Virus record (IMG/VR): IMGVR_UViG_3300025674_000058
Span: 1 to 52,846 of that record
Origin: a virus
Lineage: Duplodnaviria; Caudoviricetes
Length of the DNA: 52,846 nt
Reading direction: 5' to 3' (one strand)
This document shows, one piece after another, positions 1-8,776 of this stretch. The position numbers and the translations under genes were made by a program. The notes under the pieces were generated by a model. The model saw nothing but the letters and a program-made list of their open reading frames with translations. It ran no database searches and was not told the origin of the DNA. Numbering within the stretch: position 1 is the stretch's first letter; the number at the start of each line of letters is the position of its first letter.

Positions 1-92
1 CTTATTTCTCCGCCAACAATCTCGAAAAACTTTTCCTCGCAAATCCGACGAATCAAAGTCGCGTCATTCTTAAAGTTTAGTTTCTTAGCCAT
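1..92 (-). CDS. partial hypothetical protein (runs off the left end)
   Basis: ATG at 92 overlapping the end of 85..489; open frame MAKKLNFKNDATLIRRICEEKFFEIVGGEI to the window edge. Confidence 0.55.
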   Translation of the reverse strand, partial: MAKKLNFKNDATLIRRICEEKFFEIVGGEI

Positions 93-489
93 ACTTCTCT
101 TGTTCTTTTTTAACAACGGATAATCTGCTTCTCATGGCTTCAAACTGCTTTTCACAGCTATCGTACAATCGTTGGTAGGTTCGGTAAGCGGCATCTGCCT
201 TTCTTACCTCGAAGTCTTTTTTGGTTACTAATATTTTCGCCCAAAAGTCGGCTTTAGAAATACTCTCCCCTTCGTTTATTTGCCCTTGCTTGTGTTGCAA
301 AAATTCCTCTTCTTTTTGGTGTTCTAACTGCAACTTATCGTAATACTTAACCGCATAAGACTCGTTCACAGTAGCTATGAGCGACGCTAAATCAGACACG
401 CAAATAGAAAGACTGTTAGGGTCTTCAAAGTTATCTCTTGCCCGCGCAACAATCTCGTCAAGCATTGATTTCAACTGCTTATATGTCAT
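85..489 (-). CDS. helical/coiled-coil protein, possibly UvsY-like recombination mediator
   Basis: 134 aa all-helical, C-terminal 'FEAMRSRLS' segment, lies near recA; function is inference. Confidence 0.4.
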   Translation of the reverse strand: MTYKQLKSMLDEIVARARDNFEDPNSLSICVSDLASLIATVNESYAVKYYDKLQLEHQKEEEFLQHKQGQINEGESISKADFWAKILVTKKDFEVRKADAAYRTYQRLYDSCEKQFEAMRSRLSVVKKEQEKYG

Positions 490-851
490 ACTAAGTATTG
501 TTTGTAAATATCAATATCCCACATAAGCTTAACTCCGAACCGAACGCAATCGTCAATAAAATCTGACACGTCTTTTGGCGGAGAAAGGGTTACTCCCTTA
601 ATGCAATAAGCATCGTCTGAGATAATAACTTCGGTTTGGTCGGCTCTTAGTGACTCGAAAAATATGTGCGCAAAATCCCGCGAAAAAGGCTTTTGGTAAA
701 TCTGAACTGCGTTGCGAATCTTCACCGCATCTTTAGTCAACCTACTGTCGTAGATTAAATCTAAAAACCTTTTTGCTTGAAACGGTGATGTGTAAAACCC
801 GTCAAACCACTCTGAGTAATCTTGCTGTTGCTCCCTAGACATTTTGGTCAA
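486..851 (-). CDS. hypothetical protein
   Basis: 121 aa ORF overlapping its neighbours in an operon. Confidence 0.7.
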   Translation of the reverse strand: MTKMSREQQQDYSEWFDGFYTSPFQAKRFLDLIYDSRLTKDAVKIRNAVQIYQKPFSRDFAHIFFESLRADQTEVIISDDAYCIKGVTLSPPKDVSDFIDDCVRFGVKLMWDIDIYKQYLV

Positions 852-1059
852 TTATTTTGTTTTCTATCGCGTTAAAAAGCGTGTCTTTTTTTCCGTCTAT
901 CTCCACCTCAACATTCAAAAACGGGAACTCTTCATAGCCATTTATATCGTAAATTGCGTTTTGTTCAGAGTCGTAGAACAATTCAAATAGAACGTCCTTT
1001 TTTCCGTAAACAACTATCTTGTAATCGTTAAGCCTCGTTTTGGTAATGGTTAGTTTCAT
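835..1059 (-). CDS. hypothetical protein (start moved to MKLTITK)
   Basis: TAnnTTTG box on the minus strand at 1068-1075 lies just upstream of ATG 1059. Confidence 0.7.
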   Translation of the reverse strand: MKLTITKTRLNDYKIVVYGKKDVLFELFYDSEQNAIYDINGYEEFPFLNVEVEIDGKKDTLFNAIENKIIDQNV

Positions 1060-1067
1060 AAACTTTG

Positions 1068-1130
1068 CAAACATACGCAAAAAAAACTTCATAAAAAACT
1101 TTTTTGTTAAATATTTTTTACCTATCTTTG
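1068..1130. promoter_or_regulatory. divergent Bacteroidota sigma70-type promoters
   Basis: TATGTTTG on minus (1068-1075) and TATCTTTG on plus (1123-1130). Confidence 0.75.
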
Positions 1131-1394
1131 CCGCGATGAGTTAAAGTTTCTCATCGGGCGAGTTGACGGCGTGCCCCAACAAAAAGGTACTGCGACGAGG
1201 ATACTTCATCGACGAGCAGAGAAAGTCAACAAGATAAAATGCGGGTTCTCCCGCGCGCGCTTGCGCGTTCTTTATCTTTGACGGCTTTTTTCTGTTTACT
1301 GCTCTAAGTTTCTTATCTCGGAGCAGTTATTACTTAGTACAGTGTTATCGTAGACTAAGTAAGATTAGATAAAACTTAATACAAAAAAAAATAA

Positions 1395-2270
1395 GTGAAA
1401 TTAGTAAGTTTAGATAGTACAGTAACCGAGAAAGTAGATGTTATTTCTACTGGTAGTTTTTTAGTAGACATGGCTTCGGGTATTGGAGGGTTTCCCCGAG
1501 GAAGGATTGTAGAGTTGTTCGGTTTTGAGTCTACTTCCAAAACAACACTTGCTATTCACACAGTAGCACAAGCAAACAAAAAAAAACTGAGAGCAGCCTA
1601 CATAGATGCTGAACACGCTTTTGACAGAGAGTACGCACAGAATCTTGGTGTGGACTTTAGCTTAACTGACTTTGGGCAACCCGACAACGGGGAGGAAGGA
1701 CTGAACGCTGTTATTGAAGCTTGCGAAAGTGGTAAGTACGGAGTTGTTGTTGTGGACTCTGTTGCTGCACTAACCCCAAAAGCAGAAATAGAAGGTCAAG
1801 TTGGCGATTCGGTTATTGGACTTCACGCAAGACTTATGAGCCAAACTTTGCGCAAACTTGTAGGAGTAGCAAACCGAACAAAAACACTTGTTATTTTTAT
1901 TAATCAGTTTAGGTCAAAGATTGGTGTTAGCTTTGGAGACCCTAGAGTAACAACAGGTGGTAACGCACTTAGGTTTTACGCTTCTATGAGGCTAGAGTTT
2001 AACCGAACAAAAGAAGACGGAAACGACCTCATCAAAATCAAATTCGTAAAAAACAAACTAGCCCCGCCATTCACAAAAACTGAAACAAAAGTTTTCTACG
2101 GCAAAGGAATCTCGCAGAGCTATGAACTCTTGCAACTAGCCTTAGAGCAAGGGATAATCACAAAGGGCGGTAGTTGGTACAAGTACAACGAAGAAAAAGC
2201 ACAAGGAGAAACCGCAGCGCTAAACATTGTGGAGGATAACTTTGAAGAAATTAAAAAACAAGTCTTTTGA
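1395..2270 (+). CDS. recA: RecA-family recombinase (short N-terminus, variant Walker A)
   Basis: ISTGS, GGFPRGRIVELFG, YIDAEHA, VVDSVAAL, ARLMSQ, IFINQ, TTGGNALRFYASMRL, KNKLAPPF motifs. Confidence 0.95.
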   Translation: MKLVSLDSTVTEKVDVISTGSFLVDMASGIGGFPRGRIVELFGFESTSKTTLAIHTVAQANKKKLRAAYIDAEHAFDREYAQNLGVDFSLTDFGQPDNGEEGLNAVIEACESGKYGVVVVDSVAALTPKAEIEGQVGDSVIGLHARLMSQTLRKLVGVANRTKTLVIFINQFRSKIGVSFGDPRVTTGGNALRFYASMRLEFNRTKEDGNDLIKIKFVKNKLAPPFTKTETKVFYGKGISQSYELLQLALEQGIITKGGSWYKYNEEKAQGETAALNIVEDNFEEIKKQVF

Positions 2271-2394
2271 AATACGTATTTAAAACAAACATTCTTGGAT
2301 AAGGTAAACGAGGCTTTAAACTACCACGAAATAAATTTGGACGAAATGTGCCTAGATTAAAAGTTTTTACTTATATTTGCCAAAACTGAAAAAA

Positions 2395-2733
2395 ATGGAA
2401 TTAAAAGCAAAATTCGTGAAGCTACTAGACTTCGCATCAGGAGAAGGAAAAAACGGTGTTTGGAAAAAACAAGAGTTCTTGGTTGAAACAGGGGATAAGT
2501 ACCCGAAAAATGTAAAGATTGTAGCTTGGGGAGAAGATGTCATCGACTCGCTAAAAGGATTTACAGGGGGCGACGATATAACCGCACACATCGACATCGA
2601 ATCTCGTGAGTACAAAGAAAAGTACTACACAGACGTAAAGGCTTGGAAGATTGAAGGAGGCTCGCAAAAAGCACCTAAACCACAAGAGCCAAAAGAGTCA
2701 CTAGCCGAGGTTGAAGACGACCTACCGTTTTAA
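2395..2733 (+). CDS. DUF3127-family OB-fold ssDNA-binding protein
   Basis: WKKQEFLVET..YPK, IESREY..KYYTDVKAWKI, acidic tail EDDLPF; promoter box 2372-2379. Confidence 0.85.
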   Translation: MELKAKFVKLLDFASGEGKNGVWKKQEFLVETGDKYPKNVKIVAWGEDVIDSLKGFTGGDDITAHIDIESREYKEKYYTDVKAWKIEGGSQKAPKPQEPKESLAEVEDDLPF

Positions 2734-2783
2734 CAAGCAATGACTAAGGGTTCTTTTGCGTATATTTGCAAAAATTTGTTATT

Positions 2784-3086
2784 ATGAAACCTTATTTACA
2801 GAAAAACGAAAAGGACGTGGACGCTGTTAGAATTAGCGACAGAGAACTAAAATCTTTGTACGAGAAAAGAGAATCCCTTCCTTTTGGTGGTGTTTACTTT
2901 GAGCCAATAGAGGTTAAGCCTAAAGGTGGCGCTCCTAGAAAGTACCGAGTGGTTTTAAAAAACTCAAAAGGTATTTTTATTGGTTACAACGGTGATTTTA
3001 TTGTTAAAGACCAAACAGGAGAACTTTCAATTTGGTCTAAGGACGCTTTTGAAGCCGCCTTTGCCTCAGTAAAAGATGCTAAGTAG
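2784..3086 (+). CDS. conserved phage protein
   Basis: GDFIVKDQTGELSIWSKDAFEAAF motif typical of a widespread small phage family; promoter box 2761-2768. Confidence 0.7.
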   Translation: MKPYLQKNEKDVDAVRISDRELKSLYEKRESLPFGGVYFEPIEVKPKGGAPRKYRVVLKNSKGIFIGYNGDFIVKDQTGELSIWSKDAFEAAFASVKDAK

Positions 3087-3336
3087 ATACAACGACGTTC
3101 GTAGCGTAACAATCATTTTCCCCTCGCAAAAACAAGAAATGCGATTTAATGTTGGCGGGGAGATTGGTCAAAGCGGAATAAAGGTAACTGCAATAATCGT
3201 AAACGAAATTTTCGTTATGGAAGGTGGAGAACCGAGAGTTGAAGTTGTGGCTATAAACACAAAAGAAGAATACCCAACAGAGAAGGTTTGGAAATCTTAC
3301 CCCTTTAGTTGGTGTGGTCTTGAACAGAATTTATGA
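3076..3336 (+). CDS. hypothetical protein
   Basis: 86 aa ORF coupled to neighbours. Confidence 0.7.
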   Translation: MLSRYNDVRSVTIIFPSQKQEMRFNVGGEIGQSGIKVTAIIVNEIFVMEGGEPRVEVVAINTKEEYPTEKVWKSYPFSWCGLEQNL

Positions 3337-4112
3337 AAAGTATCGGGCGGTTTTTAATACAAGTACCTTCAAAAAAGCAATACGAAATAAATATTGCTGG
3401 CAAGGTGTTTCATCAAGCCGCTCAATTTGGCTCAGAGTTCGATAACGTCTTTCAGTTTGGTGAAATATTAGCTTGCCCAAAAGACGAACCAATAAAAGCG
3501 GGAGATGTAGTTTACTTCTCCCACATGGTTTACAAAGACGAAAACCACATCAAGCACGAAGGAAAGGATATATTCTCAATCCCCGACAGAAAGTTTAAAG
3601 CAGACGTTGAGGGGTTTATGCCCGTTGCGCTTTTTAAGTTGAACAAAACAAACATTGAACCGCTTTACCACGTTACCGTTTGTAAACCAATAACCGAAAA
3701 GAAAAGCAAGCTATCGCTTGAAAAAGAAGTGGAGCAAAAAGCAGAGGTTATTGTCTCAAATGTTTACAAAAAAGGCGACATCGTTGAGTTTACACAACAC
3801 GCAGACTACGAGGTTAGTTATCGGGGGCAAAAGCTAAAAGCAATACACAACCGATACATAACACATTGTAACGGAGAGATTATGGAAGGGTGGTGTGTTG
3901 TAGAACCGTTTGACCAAATGCAAGAAAAAGGAAACTTATTAGTTCCTATTCGCACACTTATGGGCACGGCTTCTGTGGGTATTGTAACCGAAGGTAAGCA
4001 CAAGGGAGAAAGAGTTGTTTTCAAAAAGAACTCTGTTTTTAGAGATAATTTTAATGTAATAAAAGAGGAGCAAATTTTGGCTCTGTGGAAAGAAGATGGA
4101 CTACAAGCTTGA
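3333..4112 (+). CDS. tandem GroES-like fold protein
   Basis: repeated GroES-like strands: GEILACP..IKAGDVVYF, KKGDIVEF, GERVVF..IKEEQILA. Confidence 0.55.
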   Translation: MKSIGRFLIQVPSKKQYEINIAGKVFHQAAQFGSEFDNVFQFGEILACPKDEPIKAGDVVYFSHMVYKDENHIKHEGKDIFSIPDRKFKADVEGFMPVALFKLNKTNIEPLYHVTVCKPITEKKSKLSLEKEVEQKAEVIVSNVYKKGDIVEFTQHADYEVSYRGQKLKAIHNRYITHCNGEIMEGWCVVEPFDQMQEKGNLLVPIRTLMGTASVGIVTEGKHKGERVVFKKNSVFRDNFNVIKEEQILALWKEDGLQA

Positions 4113-4413
4113 GTATGAAAAACTAAAAAAGGAATACGATAAATTAGTGGAGGTTTTTTCAGATGAGATTGACGCTAATTTGTACGTAACCTTGCGCTAC
4201 AAACTAAAGCAAATGACAGAAGCTTTGGGCGATGTTCAGTACGACATCAATAGCGACAAAGACGACAAGCTTCAAGAGCGCGTAGATAGGTTTTATACCA
4301 ACATACCCAAAGTTTATCAAGCCATAGAACTCACAAAGTCAAAGGCAACTGTGGAATCTCGAAAGAAAGCGCAGTTAGGCTTCTCGCCTGAAAGTTATGC
4401 CAACAAAGGGTAG
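4096..4413 (+). CDS. putative terminase small subunit
   Basis: 105 aa helical ORF overlapping the large terminase start; positional inference. Confidence 0.45.
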   Translation: MDYKLEYEKLKKEYDKLVEVFSDEIDANLYVTLRYKLKQMTEALGDVQYDINSDKDDKLQERVDRFYTNIPKVYQAIELTKSKATVESRKKAQLGFSPESYANKG

Positions 4414-6460
4414 CGAAGAAAAAAAAGCGTACTTAGCATTTAAGCGAGAGAGAACTCTTCGCGGTGGGATTCAAATAACCTTACCTTCCCCACCAAACAT
4501 AACCGACATTGCCAACTACGGGGTAAAGGACGAAAACAAAAGAACATTTCCTTACGTCAACTTAAAAGAAGAGTTTGACACGCAACCCCCCGAAATAAAG
4601 AAAAAAATAGCAGACCGAGAACACACAAGGGTAAGGCGTGGTTTTTGGTTCTTTAACGGGAGCAACGACAACATAACCCTAGAGTACGTTACAGGCGACC
4701 ACTACTTTTTATTAAACTATTTTCCAATCACAATAAGCAAGGTTGACGGCTCTACGGGTGGGGTTGGAAACGCAAGCTTTATCGACGCGCAAAGAGATTT
4801 GTGGTACGTTTGGGAGTACGTTAAAACAAACCCAAACCTTCACGGGCTACTGCTTTTCTCAGGTCGTCGTTTTTCTAAAACCACCTTTGCTTGTGCTAAC
4901 GGCTACCTTTCTACAATAAGCCAATACGCGGCTAACTTCGCCATTCAGTCAAAGACACGAAACGATGCGAAAGACAAAGTTTTTGGGGATATTATTATTC
5001 GGGCTTGGAAAAAGATGCACCCACTTTGGAAACCAAAATCCACAGGAAACGCAAACCCAAAGACAGAACTTGTTTTCGATATGCCCTCATCCAAAAAGGA
5101 GGAGCTTGGCGGGGAAACGGGCGACTATTTAGGCTCTCGTATTTATTACGAATCAGCATCCAACGCAGCCCTCGACGGTTCGCGAAACACGTTTGTTTAT
5201 CACGATGAGATTGCAAAACCCGAAACGGGTGTTGACCCTGAGAAAAGGTGGTACATTTCAAGACCTACTTTAGAGGACGGCGCAAACATTATAGGTAAAG
5301 CAATACTGACAACAACAGTAGACGACGACCAAACCGAAAAGGCAGCGGCAGAAGCTACTAGAAGTTTGTTCGATAAATCAGACCCAAACGAATTAGACCC
5401 ATTTCTAAAAAGTACAAAGAGTGGTCTTATTCGGTATTTTAACCCAGCTTGGTACGGGTTTAGAGGCTCGCACGAAGGGCAAGCTTTTATTGATAAGTGG
5501 GGGTACTCACAAATTGAGTTTACCAAAAAGTATCACGAGGCTAAAATGTCTAGGTTAACGGGAAACGACTTAATATCTTATAGAAGGAAGTTTCCTCAAG
5601 ATGAGTCTGATATATTTTTAGCAGACACAAACTCTTCGCCACTTGACCTTAAAAACATTTACGACCAATACGAATTTAACGAAAACGGTGGGGCAGACCA
5701 CCTAAGACGCGGGGACTTTTACAGAGAGGGAGGTCACGACGAGGGTATCGTTAAGTTTAAATCACACGGAAACGGAAGGTGGCTTATTAGCGAGTTGTCG
5801 AGGTTAGAAGACCAAAACGCTTATGTGTTTAGAAACGGTCAGATGACCCCCGCAAGGGACGAGTTTAGAATTGGCGTTGACCCAATCGACACGGGAGAAA
5901 CGGTAGATAAAGACGGCTCTAACGCTGCTGCTTTAGTTAGCGGTGCAAACGGAACAGAGTGGTGCGCCTTGTACTTACACAGACCTCCAAAGCCTGAGAT
6001 ATTTTACGAAGATATGATTATGGCTGCTGAGTTTTATTCCGCGCCGATTCTAATTGAAAGAAACAAAGTAGGGTGTGTTAACCACTTCGTCGACAGGGGG
6101 CGTTCGGGCTACTTACTTCACGACCCATTAGAAACCGACATAAAAAGAAGACTCAAAGCTTTTGGTTTTTACATGAAGGACGAAACAAAACGAAGAGAGC
6201 TTGTGAACATACTCATAAGCCACGTTTACGACTTTATAGGAAGAAGGGCTGATGGTTTTGGGGTTTGTCCCTTTAATGAACTTTTGGACGATTGGACTAA
6301 GTTTGAACCTTCAAAGAAGTGGACAAAGAATGACTTGTCGGTTGCCTCGATGTTAAGCTTGGCTGCTTGGCGCAATCCTATAAACAAAGTTTCGCACAGG
6401 CACATAAAAAGGTTGTTGCCAAAGTTTGATAACTCAGGGAAAATAAGTAGAAGAATATGA
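4397..6460 (+). CDS. terL: terminase large subunit
   Basis: GRRFSKT ATPase motif, YHDEIAK Walker B, IGVDP nuclease motif, ILIERN, NDL; TGDHYFLLNY N-terminal motif of Bacteroidota phage terminases. Confidence 0.9.
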   Translation: MPTKGSEEKKAYLAFKRERTLRGGIQITLPSPPNITDIANYGVKDENKRTFPYVNLKEEFDTQPPEIKKKIADREHTRVRRGFWFFNGSNDNITLEYVTGDHYFLLNYFPITISKVDGSTGGVGNASFIDAQRDLWYVWEYVKTNPNLHGLLLFSGRRFSKTTFACANGYLSTISQYAANFAIQSKTRNDAKDKVFGDIIIRAWKKMHPLWKPKSTGNANPKTELVFDMPSSKKEELGGETGDYLGSRIYYESASNAALDGSRNTFVYHDEIAKPETGVDPEKRWYISRPTLEDGANIIGKAILTTTVDDDQTEKAAAEATRSLFDKSDPNELDPFLKSTKSGLIRYFNPAWYGFRGSHEGQAFIDKWGYSQIEFTKKYHEAKMSRLTGNDLISYRRKFPQDESDIFLADTNSSPLDLKNIYDQYEFNENGGADHLRRGDFYREGGHDEGIVKFKSHGNGRWLISELSRLEDQNAYVFRNGQMTPARDEFRIGVDPIDTGETVDKDGSNAAALVSGANGTEWCALYLHRPPKPEIFYEDMIMAAEFYSAPILIERNKVGCVNHFVDRGRSGYLLHDPLETDIKRRLKAFGFYMKDETKRRELVNILISHVYDFIGRRADGFGVCPFNELLDDWTKFEPSKKWTKNDLSVASMLSLAAWRNPINKVSHRHIKRLLPKFDNSGKISRRI

Positions 6461-7140
6461 TTTGGGAAAACTTCAATAATTGGCAAAAAAGACTTTGGTA
6501 CGTCCCCGAAGATGTGGCGCAAAAGGTTGGTAGTGTAAAAACGGGAAAAAACGTAGCAATACTTGAACACAAGGGGGAAAAAATAGACTTAGGCTACGCG
6601 GTAGCTAAATCATCCGACTTAATGGCAAAGGTGCATCAAGGAAAGGGTGGCTTGGAATGTGAGTGGGCTTTTAATCGCGGCGTTTATAGTATAGATTGCA
6701 AAATACAAGAACCGATAATAAGCGGTCTTTGGCACGCACCACTATGGTTTATAAGTGAAAGCAAAAACGAAATAATGCCCGAAATAGACGTTTGCGAGGC
6801 TTACTATGGTGTAAAAAAGAACCACGCAGATATTTTCCGCGCACTAGGGATTCCGAGTAATTGGTGGATAAAAACAAGGCGAATGGAATCCAACCTACAC
6901 TTTGGAAAGGTTTACAAATCAAAGCACCACCACAAAGAGGGAAATATAAATCACGGCTCAAAGGACTTCACAGATTGGGTAACTTACAAAATGGTTTGGG
7001 ACAGGGACGTGGAGATTTTTTACAACGACAAAAGGGTGCGGGTTTTTAAAAACTTTCGCTCTCCCGCAAACCTCATCCCGATAATTTCAGCGTCGAACGG
7101 AAAAATAATTGCAACAAATTTTTCGTATTCAAGTTTTTAG
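6457..7140 (+). CDS. glycoside hydrolase family 16 protein
   Basis: GLWHAPLWF...PEIDVCEAY (EIDxxE catalytic motif), SNLHFG, YKMVWD. Confidence 0.75.
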   Translation: MIWENFNNWQKRLWYVPEDVAQKVGSVKTGKNVAILEHKGEKIDLGYAVAKSSDLMAKVHQGKGGLECEWAFNRGVYSIDCKIQEPIISGLWHAPLWFISESKNEIMPEIDVCEAYYGVKKNHADIFRALGIPSNWWIKTRRMESNLHFGKVYKSKHHHKEGNINHGSKDFTDWVTYKMVWDRDVEIFYNDKRVRVFKNFRSPANLIPIISASNGKIIATNFSYSSF

Positions 7141-7142
7141 TT

Positions 7143-7150
7143 TACTTTTG
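7143..7150 (+). promoter_or_regulatory. -7 promoter box abutting the cassette crossover
   Basis: TACTTTTG followed directly by tcAAC core at 7153-7155. Confidence 0.65.
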
Positions 7151-7282
7151 TCAACCTTTTGCGGTAAACTCTCGTTGCCGTTTTAAATACGAGAGGTTAA
7201 TTTTCAAATTACAACAAAATGAAAGACAAAGAACAAAACATCAAAAAACAACAAGGCAATGGAGTTTTACCGTGTGTTAGCG
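7149..7282 (-). mobile_element. attC-like site A1
   Basis: AAC-cttttg-CGGTAAACTCtcgTTGCC (7153-7179) pairs with GGCAAtgGAGTTTTACCG-tgt-GTT (7255-7278). Confidence 0.75.
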
Positions 7283-7563
7283 GTAGTATTAATGTGCATA
7301 AAAGAACAAGATTGAATCAGCGACAAGTACAGTCAAATTCTTGTTTTTTCAATGTTGACGAAGATATAATTGTAATAGTTGACCGTGAAAAAATAATATT
7401 TAAAAAGCCAACAATAGATTATATGGGCAAAACAATAAAACCAAAAGCCTTGTCAAGTGGGTGGGTTACATTTTCGATTGTAGCAGATTTACCAATTACA
7501 AAAGAATTAGAATTTGACGATGAAGAAAGCACGGAAGATAGATTGGTAGTATATTACCGCTAA
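7219..7563 (+). CDS. cassette-borne hypothetical protein (cassette A1, 7155-7563)
   Basis: 114 aa; ATG inside the attC loop; stop TAA lies in the attI-like core; GTTAGCGGTAGTAT (7276) matches the reverse complement of ATATTACCGCTAAT (7551) at 12/14. Confidence 0.8.
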   Translation: MKDKEQNIKKQQGNGVLPCVSGSINVHKRTRLNQRQVQSNSCFFNVDEDIIVIVDREKIIFKKPTIDYMGKTIKPKALSSGWVTFSIVADLPITKELEFDDEESTEDRLVVYYR

Positions 7564-7603
7564 TGTCGGCTATGTGAACCAAAAGTATAGAATAACGGAG
7601 GTA
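7558..7603 (-). mobile_element. attI-like site A
   Basis: TAATgtcgGCTATGTGAACCAAAAGTATAGAATAACGGAGGTA, one of four copies; core AAC changed to AAT. Confidence 0.7.
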
Positions 7604-7675
7604 GGTAAATAATTACGCCACTTTTTACGTGTTGTTTAATTATTTTGCGTATGTTTGCCAAACAAATAAAAACAA

Positions 7676-8098
7676 ATGAAAAAAGTATGGGATTTTTACC
7701 ACGATAGTAAGTTTGTTTACTCTTCGTTGGATTTGGTTGATATGAAAAGCTACGTTAAAGACTACTTGGGTAGTGAGTGGGAAAAGCGTGGCGAGCTTGC
7801 GGTTTGGGACAGAACGGTTGACGGTTTAAAAGAAACTTGCCGAATTAGCTTGCGCTCTTACAAGGGTTTAGCTCTTGTTGACCGAAAAAATTACTATTCA
7901 AACAAAAAAATTCGGCGAAAAGTTGACGCTGAATTAAAAAAGTTAGCATATTTGCAAGCACAAATAGGAACTAAACAAAAAGATGACGAACAAATAGTAC
8001 GTGAAATGGCGGAGATTACAGAAGTAATAAACACCATAGACCCTACTTTTCTAAATAATGAAAACGAATATGACGCAGAAACAGAAAGAAAGAGTTGA
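7676..8098 (+). CDS. hypothetical protein
   Basis: 140 aa ORF; promoter box TATGTTTG 7650-7657. Confidence 0.75.
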   Translation: MKKVWDFYHDSKFVYSSLDLVDMKSYVKDYLGSEWEKRGELAVWDRTVDGLKETCRISLRSYKGLALVDRKNYYSNKKIRRKVDAELKKLAYLQAQIGTKQKDDEQIVREMAEITEVINTIDPTFLNNENEYDAETERKS

Positions 8099-8537
8099 TA
8101 AAATATTGGAAGTTGTATCAATGGTAAACAACATACCAATTAGTGAGATAAAGCAAAAAGGCTCAAGGAACAAGTACGTAGTTCTTTCCAAAAAGGTTTG
8201 TATGTACTTGATTAAAAACGACCCTTGGTTAAGGAGAATGACTTTAGAGTCCGTCGGGGCTATTTTCCAAACAGACCACTCCAACACCATACACCACCTT
8301 CGTAGGTGTGAGGAAGCTATGACCCCTGATAGGATGGGGCGGTTCACAAGCAACCCGAATTTAAGAAAGGTAATACTTGACTGCCAAAAATTACTTGAGG
8401 TAATTCACGGCATAAAGCCAAGTAAACCAAAAACTGAAAACCTTTGGGCTTTAGTAAAGGGATTAGAAGAACAAAGGGATTATATAGAAAACGAAATTCA
8501 ATTAGCTAAAAACAAAATTAACGCTTTATACCAATGA
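8058..8537 (+). CDS. DnaA domain-IV-like HTH DNA-binding protein
   Basis: SRNKYVVLSKKVCMYL..MTLESVGAIFQTDHSNTIHH resembles Bac_DnaA_C (RDHSTV). Confidence 0.7.
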   Translation: MKTNMTQKQKERVDKILEVVSMVNNIPISEIKQKGSRNKYVVLSKKVCMYLIKNDPWLRRMTLESVGAIFQTDHSNTIHHLRRCEEAMTPDRMGRFTSNPNLRKVILDCQKLLEVIHGIKPSKPKTENLWALVKGLEEQRDYIENEIQLAKNKINALYQ

Positions 8538-8776
8538 TAGTACCAAAAGGAAACTTAGTCTTAGTAGAAAAGATTGAAACAAAGAGCAAGATAGAACTTT
8601 CTCCAAGCGCAAAAGAACACACCCAAGAGGCTGTTGTTGTTCGGGTGGGGGATGCGGTCACTCAAGTCAAAGAAGGGGAGAAAGTCCTTCTTTCAAAGTC
8701 AAACAACATAGAGGTCAAAGAGGGGGGTAAAACCTATCAACTCGTTTACGAAAGCTCTATATTAGCGGCGTTATGA
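8534..8776 (+). CDS. groES: co-chaperonin GroES
   Basis: PKGNLVLVE, AVVVRVG, VKEGEKVL, LVYESSILA; 80 aa. Confidence 0.85.
   Translation: MIVPKGNLVLVEKIETKSKIELSPSAKEHTQEAVVVRVGDAVTQVKEGEKVLLSKSNNIEVKEGGKTYQLVYESSILAAL

Noticed and set aside
1131-1394. tRNA gene
   Set aside because: No cloverleaf with a T-loop GTTCRA and acceptor stem recognisable here or elsewhere in the window.
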